Both the position numbers and the translations under genes were made by a program. Positions 8,311-17,649 of a DNA stretch of 64,000 nucleotides are shown piece after piece. The DNA comes from a virus (lineage: Duplodnaviria; Caudoviricetes), in IMG/VR virus record IMGVR_UViG_3300033388_005412, positions 1 to 64,000 of that record. One strand, given 5' to 3'. Under the pieces are notes generated by a model. It was not told where the DNA came from, did no database searches, and saw only the letters and a list, made by a program, of their open reading frames with translations. Each line of letters opens with the position of its first letter. Positions within the stretch are counted from its first letter, which is position 1.

Positions 8311-9193
8311 ACACATTCCTAATTTATATAAAGACAGACACATATTACTATTTAAAGAGGTCTTCGCGAGCGAGAAAATACATGGGACGTCCGCAAATGT
8401 ATCATTCAAGTCAGAAAATGTTGGTGGTGAATTAAAATTCTTTTCAGGCGGCGCGAGTCATATGTTATTTATGGAATTTTTCGATAGAGAAAAATTATTG
8501 GAAAATTTCAAAAAATTAGGACAAGATAATGTAACAGTTTATGGTGAAGCATATGGTGGAAAAATGCAGGGAATGAGGAAAACATATGGTGATAAATTAT
8601 GCTTTACCGCTTTTGAAGTGAAAATAGACAGAACATGGCTTTCGGTTGAAAAAGCTCAAAATGTGTGTTCTCAATTAGATATAGAATTCGTGCCATATAA
8701 AAAAATACTATGTAACATGGAGGCCATAGACGCAGAAAGAGCTGAGCCGTCTGTTATATCTGCACGGCGAACAGGTGCAGAGGATAACGAAAGAGAAGGA
8801 ATTGTTCTAAGGCCGCTTGAAGAAATGCGATTGAACAATGGTGATCGGATAATAGTTAAACATAAGAATGAAAGTTTTTCCGAGAGAAAATCCAAAAGAG
8901 ATACAAAAGTAACGAAAGAAGAATTGGAAGTCATTAAAAAAGCGAATGATATAGCCGAAGAATGGGTTACACCTATGAGGCTAAGACATGTAATTGATTC
9001 AATGGAAACTAAAGTTGAATCCATGGAGAATACAAAAGCAGTTATGACTGCGATGATCGCCGATGTGTTACGCGAATCAAAAGATGAGATAGTAGATAGT
9101 AAGCAGACAAGAACGGCGATGTGCCGAATGACCGCAAAATTATTAAAAAAATATTTTCAGGATAATTTGAGAGAAGAAAATGTCATTGTTTAG
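8300..9193 (+). CDS. Rnl2-family ATP-dependent RNA ligase
   Basis: Nucleotidyltransferase motifs: I EKIHGTSA, III VYGEAYG, IIIa FTAFEV, IV EGIVLRP, V IIVKHKNESFSE. Confidence 0.8.
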   Translation: MSYRHIPNLYKDRHILLFKEVFASEKIHGTSANVSFKSENVGGELKFFSGGASHMLFMEFFDREKLLENFKKLGQDNVTVYGEAYGGKMQGMRKTYGDKLCFTAFEVKIDRTWLSVEKAQNVCSQLDIEFVPYKKILCNMEAIDAERAEPSVISARRTGAEDNEREGIVLRPLEEMRLNNGDRIIVKHKNESFSERKSKRDTKVTKEELEVIKKANDIAEEWVTPMRLRHVIDSMETKVESMENTKAVMTAMIADVLRESKDEIVDSKQTRTAMCRMTAKLLKKYFQDNLREENVIV

Positions 9194-9770
9194 TGTGGGA
9201 TGTAATTCAAAACTGGATGATTCCGTTTACATATTTAATTTGCCGGCATTATATACGTGTCTCGGCTCAACAAAATGGTGTAGAAAACGGTGTTATGCAC
9301 AGCATCATCAAAGAATGTTTAATGCTGTGATGAAAAGCCGGGTAAGCCATTGGACAGCATCATTGGAAAAGGATTTTGTTGATAAAATTTCAGAAGAACT
9401 GGAAGCTGGCCGGCCGAAACTTGTTAGAATACATGAAAGCGGAGATTTTTATAGCAAATGTTATTATAATAAGTGGATTAGAATAGCTAAGAAATTTCCT
9501 AAGATAAAATTTCTAGCTTTTACAAAAAATCATCATCTTGATTTTAGTAAAGCGCCGAAAAATTTCGCGATAAGATTTTCAATTGACTACACATCGGATT
9601 TAAAAATTGTAAAAACTATTAAAAAAACTGTGAGAAAGGCATATGTATTAGACAAGCTGGGTAATATAACTTCCGATGGATTTACATGTAAGAAAACTGA
9701 AAAATATTGTGGAGATAAATGTACATTTTGTTGGGACAGTGAGGAAGATGTCGGATTACCGGAGCATTAG
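9180..9770 (+). CDS. GP88-like protein (radical-SAM-related)
   Basis: IFNLPALYTCLGSTKWCRKRCYA ... VRIHESGDFYS...W...FLAFTK. Confidence 0.8.
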   Translation: MSLFSVGCNSKLDDSVYIFNLPALYTCLGSTKWCRKRCYAQHHQRMFNAVMKSRVSHWTASLEKDFVDKISEELEAGRPKLVRIHESGDFYSKCYYNKWIRIAKKFPKIKFLAFTKNHHLDFSKAPKNFAIRFSIDYTSDLKIVKTIKKTVRKAYVLDKLGNITSDGFTCKKTEKYCGDKCTFCWDSEEDVGLPEH

Positions 9771-9778
9771 GAGAATAA

Positions 9779-9955
9779 ATGAAAATAAAAGAAATTGAAA
9801 GCGGTGAAGTATTTGAATGGACAGTAAAGGAAGTTTTGGAAGAGATAAATCGTGATAGAAGTGAAGAATGGCAGAGTTATAATAAAACAGATTGGAGAGA
9901 AGGATGGTATGAATGGTGTGAAGGTGACATATATACTTTGATGGAGGACATATGA
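9779..9955 (+). CDS. small Trp/Glu-rich phage protein (58 aa, not in ORF track)
   Basis: MKIKEIESGEVFEWTVKEVLEEINRDRSEEWQSYNKTDWREGWYEWCE; AGGAG SD; ATGA overlap. Confidence 0.7.
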   Translation: MKIKEIESGEVFEWTVKEVLEEINRDRSEEWQSYNKTDWREGWYEWCEGDIYTLMEDI

Positions 9956-10251
9956 TAGCGCCGACAAGCGATATTGAACATTTTAGAACTGAAGTTATGG
10001 TGAAACAATGTGAACTCCTGGATAACATAAGAAGACAACTCGTTGTATTGAATAAATCAGTGAACGATGGTAAACTCATTAATCCAGGACACATGGCGGC
10101 ACCTGATTTAAAAGTGAGATCGTGGGTTAAAAAATCAATGAAGACAAGTGAAACTGTTGTTGATTTATCAAAAGACGAACCAGGTATGAAGTTTAATAAT
10201 CCAAATCCATTTCCCGGCGATAAAGGCCCGAGATTCGGCAAAAAGAGGTGA
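9952..10251 (+). CDS. hypothetical protein
   Basis: GGAGG SD, ORF. Confidence 0.65.
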   Translation: MIAPTSDIEHFRTEVMVKQCELLDNIRRQLVVLNKSVNDGKLINPGHMAAPDLKVRSWVKKSMKTSETVVDLSKDEPGMKFNNPNPFPGDKGPRFGKKR

Positions 10252-10499
10252 AAATTATGAATAAAATTCAGAATTCGAAATTGTTAAATAGAAAATTAAC
10301 ACATGCTTTATTCAAAGAGCATGGCAAACAAATTGGCGAGGAGGCTATTAAGGCTGTTGAAGAACTCGTTAGAGATAAAATTGCATCTATTTGCAGTTCA
10401 ATGGGCGGCAGTGTTAAACGTATAAATGTCGCTGATGTTATCGCATTAAATAATGTAAAGAAAAGAAAAGTGAGATTGGTAAAGAGAGGATTGTTATAA
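10248..10499 (+). CDS. putative histone-fold protein with basic tail
   Basis: Helix-loop pattern NRKLTHALFKEH-GKQI-GEEAIKAVEELVRDKIASICSSM-GGSVKRI-NVADVIALN resembles archaeal/bacterial histones. Confidence 0.5.
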   Translation: MKIMNKIQNSKLLNRKLTHALFKEHGKQIGEEAIKAVEELVRDKIASICSSMGGSVKRINVADVIALNNVKKRKVRLVKRGLL

Positions 10500-12789
10500 T
10501 GTATACTTACAAGCCAGATAAATGTAAAGTCCCAATTAAAGTATGGTCAGAAAGAGATTCAATCGAACAAAGTGCTTTGGAACAGATTGAAAATGCGGCA
10601 ATGTTGCCATTTGTTTATCATCATGCAGCATTAATGCCAGATGCCCATCTTGGTTATGGGATGCCAATAGGCGGAGTAGTTGCATTGGACGGGATTATAT
10701 CTCCGCACATGGTGGGTTCTGATATTGGGTGTGGGATGTGTGCTGTTAAAACATCACTGACTGAAATTGATGCGGAAACAATTAAAAAAATCTTTGGCGG
10801 ATCTAAAGAAAACAAGGGTGGAATACGAGCATGTGTGCCAGTTGGATTTAATCATCAAAATAAAAAACAAGATGTTTCAAATATGCCTATAGATAGATAT
10901 AGACCGGATCGTGGAAATTATCCAACACAAGATATTACACCAATTGTTGCTCGTGAATTTGAGAGTGCTTTAAAACAACTCGGTACTCTTGGGGGTGGTA
11001 AATGGTTGCTTCCAGCCCAAGAGGATAATCTAAATATACTGAAATTTTCTCTGATTGACTTGGAAATCCTGCTGTAGGATGACAGGGCGCAAACTGTAAA
11101 AAGTAGCGTGAGAGACTAAGTGAGAAAACTCTATAAAACGAGAAGCGATAGTCCGAACTTGAGTATAAATAGCTATAAAAGCTCAAGATATAGACGGAAA
11201 CGTTCTATACTATTTTATTTTCTTAATTTGTTGATTTTTTTCAACAAAATGATATAGTATACTTATGGAGGTATATTATATGCTAAATAAATTAAGTTCG
11301 TTTCAGTCTTATTTGATTGGTTTGATGCAAGGTGATGGACATATGTATACTACTACTCGAAATAGAGGAAGTCTTCGATATGAGATTTCAATTCGCGATA
11401 AAGATATAGTGTATAAACTTGAAAAATTATTAGTTAAGTTTCATACACATGTTTCATATCGTACTCGTGATACAAATTTTAAAAAAGATTATCATTCTAT
11501 TTCGTTTGTTATTCATAATTTAGCTTTTAGAAAATGGCTAAATACATATGTTCCTTATGGAAGAAAATCAGATGTTGTAAAACCACCTAAAAATGTTATT
11601 ACGAAAGATTATATCAGAGGATTAACAGATGCTGATGGGTCAATTGGATTAACGAAAGGAGGTCGTTGTTTTTGGTCATTGTGTACGCAGTCGGAGACTG
11701 TAAAGAGATATGTGATTAATCATATTAATAGTCTATTGAATCTTGATAAAAGAAACAATAAAAACAAAAGAGATAATATATATAACATTGTCTTATATGA
11801 TGAAAACGCTCAGGACTACACAAACTTCTTATATCATAATTCTGAATTGTATTTAGATAGAAAATATCAGAAATACTTAATTGTTCAGAAATGGAAAAGA
11901 AGTGTACCAAAAATAAACTTTAAACGAAAACGGTGGCTGAAATCTGAAGACAATATAATATTGTCAAGTAAATATTCCATAATAGATCTTTGTCAAATGT
12001 TTGGAAGAACACAAAAATCAGTTTATATGAGACTGTGGCGATTAAATAAAATAAGTAACAAAAAAGAATCATTTCATTGAGATACAAAAAGGATCTGATG
12101 GACATATCTGGATTATGATTCATAGTGGAAGTAGAAATTTAGGATATAAAGTCGCTGATTATTATAATAAATTAGCTATTGAATTAAATGAGAAATGGCA
12201 TAGCAAAGTTCCTAAAGAATGGCAACTCGCATTTTTACCTGTGGATTCTAATGAAGGCCAAGCATATTTAAAAGAAATGCAGTATTGTGTTGATTTCGCT
12301 TTTGCAAATAGAAAGCTAATGATGAATAGAACTAAATATTGTTTCGATGAAATAATATCCGGTATTGAATTTGATCATATAATAAACATAGCACATAATT
12401 ATGCGTCATTAGAGAACCATTTCGGCAAAAATGTGTGGGTACATAGGAAAGGGGCTACATTAGCAAGAAAAGGCACTATAGGCATCATTCCGGGCTCCCA
12501 GGGGACGCATAGCTATATAGTAGAAGGTTTAGGTAATCCAGAATCATTTATGTCATGTTCACACGGTGCTGGGAGATGTATGAGTAGAACACAGGCCAAG
12601 AAAGAACTTAACTTAGAAATCGAAAAAAAGAAAATGGATGATCAAGGTATTATTCATGGTATGAGAAACAAAAATGATTTGGATGAATCATTATCAGCAT
12701 ATAAGGATATTAAAACTGTTATGAAAAATCAGGAAGATTTGGTAAAAGTTCTTGTTGAACTAAAGCCACTGGGTGTAATTAAGGGTTGA
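10499..12789 (+). CDS. rtcB: RtcB RNA 2',3'-cyclic/3'-phosphate ligase; exons 10499-10999 and 12067-12789 (407 aa spliced)
   Basis: MPDAHLGYGMPIGG, VGSDIGCGM, GTLGGG|NHFIEIQ, IHSGSRNLG, AHNYA, VHRKGAT, IPGSQG, SCSHGAGR, DESLSAYKDI. Confidence 0.95.
11000..12066 (+). mobile_element. group I intron in rtcB (1067 nt)
   Basis: 5' exon ends in U, intron ends in G; P1 GGGGGUGGU/GUUGCUUCC; P10 AAAUGGUU/AAUCAUUU; P3 TTTTCTC/GAGAAAA; P7 GACTA 11114-18/TAGTC 11149-53; removal restores GGGNH in frame. Confidence 0.92.
11231..11258 (+). promoter_or_regulatory. intron-internal promoter candidate for the homing endonuclease
   Basis: TTGATT-16-TATAGT with extended -10 (TGaTATAGT); overlapped by hairpin TTGTTGA-T6-TCAACAA. 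Confidence 0.5.
11280..12080 (+). CDS. double-motif LAGLIDADG homing endonuclease (intron-encoded)
   Basis: YLIGLMQGDG and YIRGLTDADG; GGAGG SD before ATG 11280; C-terminal Myb/HTH-like W..SED...FGRT..SV..R. Confidence 0.92.
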   Translation: MLNKLSSFQSYLIGLMQGDGHMYTTTRNRGSLRYEISIRDKDIVYKLEKLLVKFHTHVSYRTRDTNFKKDYHSISFVIHNLAFRKWLNTYVPYGRKSDVVKPPKNVITKDYIRGLTDADGSIGLTKGGRCFWSLCTQSETVKRYVINHINSLLNLDKRNNKNKRDNIYNIVLYDENAQDYTNFLYHNSELYLDRKYQKYLIVQKWKRSVPKINFKRKRWLKSEDNIILSSKYSIIDLCQMFGRTQKSVYMRLWRLNKISNKKESFH

Positions 12790-12814
12790 CAGATGTTAGA
12801 GGTTAATATATAAT
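12786..12814 (+). promoter_or_regulatory. sigma70 promoter
   Basis: TTGACA-17-TATAAT, perfect consensus. Confidence 0.9.
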
Positions 12815-12843
12815 TTATATGTTATGGAAAGGAGATTTTAAAG

Positions 12844-13131
12844 ATGAAGAAATCAAAAATTAAATTATCAGAAGAACAAAAAAAAGCAATGCAAAAGTAT
12901 TGGATGAAAGCATGTGAGGCCGAAGAAGAATATGACAAAGCAGTGTGTTATCTGGAACAGGAGATGAATAAAGAATTTAAAAACTCAAATTTACCGGAAT
13001 TGGAATTTTTTCGCAGTGACGGCGAAACTGCCGGAATCGGTGCCATGAATATTCATGATAGAGATAATTTTCCTCTGATACTATATAATTGGAATAACTA
13101 TCGCCGCTTATATTTTGAAGAAGATAAATAA
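12844..13131 (+). CDS. hypothetical protein
   Basis: AAGGAG SD, ORF behind promoter. Confidence 0.7.
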   Translation: MKKSKIKLSEEQKKAMQKYWMKACEAEEEYDKAVCYLEQEMNKEFKNSNLPELEFFRSDGETAGIGAMNIHDRDNFPLILYNWNNYRRLYFEEDK

Positions 13132-13147
13132 AACGGAGGAACAATAA

Positions 13148-13465
13148 ATGAAAAATAAAGAATTTCTACATGAAACTTTAAATCTGAGTCAACGAAAGTA
13201 TATAGATGCTTTTAAGTGGCTCGTTGGCGACGAAAGATTAACTGGTCGAAGTTATTTACTGGCGATTTGTTTTATTGAAAAAGCATTAAATAATCTTGGT
13301 AAATCAGTTGAAGTATGGGATCATTACCAACCAAACGGCCTAAAAGGGAATATGATGTCACTTATCAAGGAAATATTATCAAAATATCCTGAAATTGAAA
13401 ATTATTGTACACTTGCCCGTGACTGGTTTAGAATTAGTAAAGGTGTTAAGAAGGTTAATAAATGA
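13148..13465 (+). CDS. hypothetical protein
   Basis: GGAGG SD, ORF. Confidence 0.7.
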   Translation: MKNKEFLHETLNLSQRKYIDAFKWLVGDERLTGRSYLLAICFIEKALNNLGKSVEVWDHYQPNGLKGNMMSLIKEILSKYPEIENYCTLARDWFRISKGVKKVNK

Positions 13466-13484
13466 AATGTTCGCATAAGGAGGG

Positions 13485-14096
13485 TTGATGAATAGAACAC
13501 ATTTGGTGCAGCGTTTAATGAGACCGTATAAAACTGATGGTGATTCGAATATGGATAAATTATTGAAAGCAAATCCATTTGCTTTTGGCGGTGGTTTAAA
13601 AAATGGGGGTATATCTGAGGATGGTATGGAAATGATAAGAAATGTTTTTCAGTTCGATTACATGGGCGCCTCAGAATTTGAATGGGGCGCTGTTCCAAAA
13701 GCTTTAGCAAAAGTATATAAAAATGCGAAAGATTACATAGCATATGAAACATTAATACCATGGAAATATAGAAATTGGACACCACGTTTGAAAAAATCAG
13801 AAACAACAAAAGGTAAGTCACTTGTTTATATCATATGTCATAAAGAATGGATGCGGGATGTTATTGATTTTATAAAAAGACAAGCTGCAAATCCGTATAA
13901 CAAAAAAGACTTCTTAAAGGAAGTAACATTGTTACAAGGCGCCCTAGCAAAACCAGATGATCGTCATCCTTGCGGGTGGCTTGAATTAGATAATTCTTAT
14001 TTTTTCTTTACTGATAAAAAAATGTATGAGGGAACTTGCAAGCTGTTTGATGTAAAAAAAGTAGAGAAAGTAATAGTTAAAAAGGAGTTATCATGA
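13485..14096 (+). CDS. hypothetical phage protein
   Basis: AGGAGG SD; FQFDYMGASEFEWGAVPKAL segment looks conserved. Confidence 0.75.
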   Translation: MMNRTHLVQRLMRPYKTDGDSNMDKLLKANPFAFGGGLKNGGISEDGMEMIRNVFQFDYMGASEFEWGAVPKALAKVYKNAKDYIAYETLIPWKYRNWTPRLKKSETTKGKSLVYIICHKEWMRDVIDFIKRQAANPYNKKDFLKEVTLLQGALAKPDDRHPCGWLELDNSYFFFTDKKMYEGTCKLFDVKKVEKVIVKKELS

Positions 14097-14314
14097 AATT
14101 AGGTAAACGATCTGGTTGTTATTTTAATGATATAATTGATATTAATTTATCCCCGAGTCAACTTGAGGATTTAGTTAATATGACAGAGGAAAAAGCAATG
14201 AATGAAACAAATTATGATATTGTCGGTTTGTACAGAACTTTGAAAGATTTATTGCAGGCGCGATATTATGACTGGATAGAAGCACGAGAGAAAATAAAAA
14301 AGAAGGAGAATTGA
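14093..14314 (+). CDS. hypothetical protein
   Basis: ORF, ATGA overlap. Confidence 0.65.
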   Translation: MKLGKRSGCYFNDIIDINLSPSQLEDLVNMTEEKAMNETNYDIVGLYRTLKDLLQARYYDWIEAREKIKKKEN

Positions 14315-14315
14315 A

Positions 14316-16124
14316 ATGAAACTAGAAAATTTGGCTTTAATAAACTTCCGTAACCATACAAATACGGTATTAGAGTTGTCCAAAAAGATTAACGTATTTA
14401 TCGGTCCGAACGCATCCGGCAAAAGTAGTATTTGCGATGCATTGGTATATCTATTTACGGGAAAGAACGGAAGGGATGAGAAATCATCAACAGGACTCAC
14501 TGAGTTGATAACATTCGGCGAAAGCAGAGCTATGGTTTCATCAGATATTAATGGTATTGGAAAAATAACACGGTGTATACCTCATTCACTTCAAGTTAGT
14601 GGTTGGAGCGGCGGTTTACGGGATCAGCAGAATAAATTATATGACGCAATCAAATCGAATGAAGATGCTGTCATATGCTGTCTGAATAGTAATGAGTTTA
14701 TAAATATGGATGCGTCGGATAAAAAGAACTTTATATTTAATTTGATGGGAATGCACTTGGATTCTGATAAAGTTAAAATGGAATTTTTAAGATGGGCTAA
14801 AGAAAATAATATCCAGAACCCCATGAATATATTGAATTTGATGCCGAGTGATATTATATTTGACGGTTCTCATGAGAAACTGGACGAAGCGTATAAACAT
14901 TTTTTCACATCAAGAAAATTTCTTAAGAAAGAAATAAAAGAACTGGAAGTTAAGGCACAGGACAACAAGTCTCAGTTACCGGAAAATGTAACAGTTGATA
15001 ATAAAGATGCCATACTTAAGAAAATGAAAGAGCTGAAGGATGGCCGGGATGAACTTATGTTACAACTCGGCAAAATCCAGAGTATGGTTAAGCAGCATTT
15101 GGAACTCACTAAAGTTATTGATGCGAAAGTTGATACAGTTCCCGGAACATTAAAAGATTTTGAAAAAAGTGTAAGCAAGGCTGAGAAAACAATTACCGAG
15201 TTGAAAGAGCGACACGCTAAAGAATCGGCTGAAATTAAAGTTATCAGCGATTTAACAGCAAAACTGGAAAACTTTAATGGAAAATGTCCTTTACTCGATG
15301 ATTTTGATTGTGCGGCCGGAAATGAATTGATTAAAGTTCGTGATGAAAATAAATTGAAAATCAAAGAGAAGACAAAAATGATTAATGATATTACAAGTGC
15401 TCTCCAAAAATTGGGCAATGAAAAAGAGGTACTTGAAAAAAATATCGTTATAAAACAGAATGAACTTAAGCATGATGATGATGTCAAAAAGGCCAAGGAA
15501 GAACTTAAATCGATAACTAAACTTGGCGATCCTAAAAAGATACAGGATGACATAAATGCTGTCAGTGAAAGATTAACAAAAGGACAGTCTATTTTGACAA
15601 TGATCGACGCTGAGATTTTAAATGGAAAACAACAGAAAGCAGCAAGCATTGCTATGGATAAGAAGAAAAATGACTTGAAAAAAACTGAGATTCTGGTGGA
15701 CGCATTCGGTCCTAAGGGTATTAAGACAATACTCCTCAACCGGGCTCTAAAACCCTTGCAGGAAAAAGTATCTGAAAAAATGCAATTGCTGACCGATGGA
15801 AAATATTCGATTGATTTTAGAATCAAAGAGAAAAATTTCGATATATATGTGACATCGGATGGAATTGAGAGAAGTATTAAACATCTTAGCACGAGTGAAA
15901 GATTGAGAACGGGTATTATAATGCAGGATGCCATTAATTCCATGGCTGGTTTTAAAATGATAGTTATTGATCAAGTCGATATGCTTGATGACGACAATAA
16001 GAAACTATTGTGGAAACTTATTGATAGAATTAAAGATAATTATGAGACAATTATCATATTATCAACCGGATTATCAGTAAAAGATACAAACAAACCTGAT
16101 GTAAACATGTTCTATATTGGTTAA
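14316..16124 (+). CDS. SbcC/Rad50-like SMC ATPase
   Basis: LALINFRNH, Walker A GPNASGKSS, long coiled coil with CPLL..DC hook, signature LSTSERLR, Walker B VIDQVD. Confidence 0.9.
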   Translation: MKLENLALINFRNHTNTVLELSKKINVFIGPNASGKSSICDALVYLFTGKNGRDEKSSTGLTELITFGESRAMVSSDINGIGKITRCIPHSLQVSGWSGGLRDQQNKLYDAIKSNEDAVICCLNSNEFINMDASDKKNFIFNLMGMHLDSDKVKMEFLRWAKENNIQNPMNILNLMPSDIIFDGSHEKLDEAYKHFFTSRKFLKKEIKELEVKAQDNKSQLPENVTVDNKDAILKKMKELKDGRDELMLQLGKIQSMVKQHLELTKVIDAKVDTVPGTLKDFEKSVSKAEKTITELKERHAKESAEIKVISDLTAKLENFNGKCPLLDDFDCAAGNELIKVRDENKLKIKEKTKMINDITSALQKLGNEKEVLEKNIVIKQNELKHDDDVKKAKEELKSITKLGDPKKIQDDINAVSERLTKGQSILTMIDAEILNGKQQKAASIAMDKKKNDLKKTEILVDAFGPKGIKTILLNRALKPLQEKVSEKMQLLTDGKYSIDFRIKEKNFDIYVTSDGIERSIKHLSTSERLRTGIIMQDAINSMAGFKMIVIDQVDMLDDDNKKLLWKLIDRIKDNYETIIILSTGLSVKDTNKPDVNMFYIG

Positions 16125-16148
16125 TGAATAAAATTTGAGGTAAATATA

Positions 16149-16460
16149 ATGGATAAAAAAATTGTAAGTAAAAATGTAGCTAGAGGTTTGTTGTTTATAC
16201 TCGGCCTTATAGGCGTTGGCGTTGGTGATCCGATATTGGCCGTGAAGCGAATGATAAATGGTGATTCTAAAAAACTACAGGATAAATATGTTATAGTTTA
16301 TCTAATTGACGGCTCAAAGTCACCGATTGAAGGATGTGTTAAAGTAGTTAAAAAAGGATATATGATGATAAGAGATAATAATAATAAAATAATCTATATC
16401 AATACTGATAGAATAGATTATATAAAAACGAAAGTAGAGGGCGCACAGGAGGATGCATGA
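16149..16460 (+). CDS. hypothetical protein, C-terminal Sm/LSm-like fold possible
   Basis: KYVIVYLIDG..IEGCVKVV..YMMIRD..IIYINTDRIDYI; alternative start ATG 16251. Confidence 0.5.
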   Translation: MDKKIVSKNVARGLLFILGLIGVGVGDPILAVKRMINGDSKKLQDKYVIVYLIDGSKSPIEGCVKVVKKGYMMIRDNNNKIIYINTDRIDYIKTKVEGAQEDA

Positions 16461-16666
16461 CTAAAGATACAGTACATGTTAAATGGTTGATGGAATTATT
16501 GTCAAAGTTGGTGCATCGTGGTGATAATGAAGAACGGTTTGAATTGTATCACGACGGTAGTGGATGTGTATATAATATAGAATCAGGTAAGGAAAAAACA
16601 TTCAAAAATATCCGTGAGCTAATTAGGATTTTAAAAAATAAAAAAGTATATGGTAATAAAACATGA
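16457..16666 (+). CDS. hypothetical protein
   Basis: GGAGG SD, ORF. Confidence 0.65.
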   Translation: MTKDTVHVKWLMELLSKLVHRGDNEERFELYHDGSGCVYNIESGKEKTFKNIRELIRILKNKKVYGNKT

Positions 16667-16863
16667 GAAAAGATGAGATAGATAATGTTATAAAATGGCT
16701 TGATGATTTATGGCGTAAATATCCCACAATGAGACTAGGACAGCTTCTTGAGAATTTCGTTTTTACTGCTGGTACTCGCGGTGATGATACAAGTATCAGA
16801 CTATTTTATCAAAATGATCATGTGACGGCTGAAAATATAAAATTGGTACTTGACAGGAAGTAG
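16663..16863 (+). CDS. hypothetical phage protein
   Basis: LWRKYPTMRLGQLLEN pattern. Confidence 0.7.
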   Translation: MRKDEIDNVIKWLDDLWRKYPTMRLGQLLENFVFTAGTRGDDTSIRLFYQNDHVTAENIKLVLDRK

Positions 16864-16877
16864 CGCTATATTATAGT
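16850..16877 (+). promoter_or_regulatory. sigma70 promoter candidate
   Basis: TTGACA-16-TATAGT. Confidence 0.55.
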
Positions 16878-16907
16878 ATACACAATGAGGCAAATGAGGA
16901 AAATATA

Positions 16908-17300
16908 ATGTTAGGAATGCATGTAATGGGTGTCGGTAAAATATGGCGGAATGCTACATTTAAACCTATAAATAATGAAGGTGGATGGTGTAATTATGCC
17001 GTTTTAATAAAAAAGGAAAGGGGATCTGGTAATATGGTTTACTATTGTCAGCAATGGTTTATGTTGAACAGCAGATTCCCATCTCTTATAACATCGGAAA
17101 AAACGGTTGCGGTTTCTGGGATTTGGAAAGTAAACACGAAAAAGCAACCGGACGGCATTACAAATACATATCACTCAATCACTGTTGATCATATAACATT
17201 TATAGACCATGTTGAAAAAAATAAAGCGATTGAAAAACCAGTTAGAAAGAAAAAAGATGAAAAGGATTTATCGGATTTATCGAATGAAGCTCCTTGGTAA
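16908..17300 (+). CDS. putative single-stranded DNA-binding protein (OB fold)
   Basis: Beta-rich body, VAVSGIWKVNT...YHSITVDHITFI, acidic tail DLSDLSNEAPW. Confidence 0.6.
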   Translation: MLGMHVMGVGKIWRNATFKPINNEGGWCNYAVLIKKERGSGNMVYYCQQWFMLNSRFPSLITSEKTVAVSGIWKVNTKKQPDGITNTYHSITVDHITFIDHVEKNKAIEKPVRKKKDEKDLSDLSNEAPW

Positions 17301-17649
17301 AATAAGTAAATTATTGAAAAAGCTGTTCTATATAATAACACACTTATTTCACCGAGCACCCGTTTATATCGCAATATACAAAGACTATAAAGAAAAATGC
17401 ATTGAGAAGAAACAAGTGCCTATTCCAGAAAATGAATTTAAGGAAGTACACGAAGCTGTAAGAAAGAATATATCAATTATTAAGAATAAATATAATAATC
17501 CAATGTGCGCGATAGAATTAGATGAAACATTTATTTACTATGCGATGTTTAACAAAGAGAAACAACAGGTTGTTATAAATATATGGACAAAGAATCAGTA
17601 TCACATGTTAACTGGAAGCAAACGTAAGGAGCCGCATGAGCGACAATAA
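17284..17649 (+). CDS. hypothetical protein
   Basis: ORF; ATG 17284 chosen to minimise overlap. Confidence 0.55.
   Translation: MKLLGKISKLLKKLFYIITHLFHRAPVYIAIYKDYKEKCIEKKQVPIPENEFKEVHEAVRKNISIIKNKYNNPMCAIELDETFIYYAMFNKEKQQVVINIWTKNQYHMLTGSKRKEPHERQ

Noticed and set aside
10499-12789. rtcB as a broken pseudogene of two ORFs
   Set aside because: The interruption has group I core pairings, and precise excision restores the GGGNH motif in frame.
14972-15943. 323-aa antisense ORF inside the SbcC gene
   Set aside because: Shadow frame of a Lys/Glu-rich coiled coil, with Ser/Phe/Leu-rich composition and no motifs.
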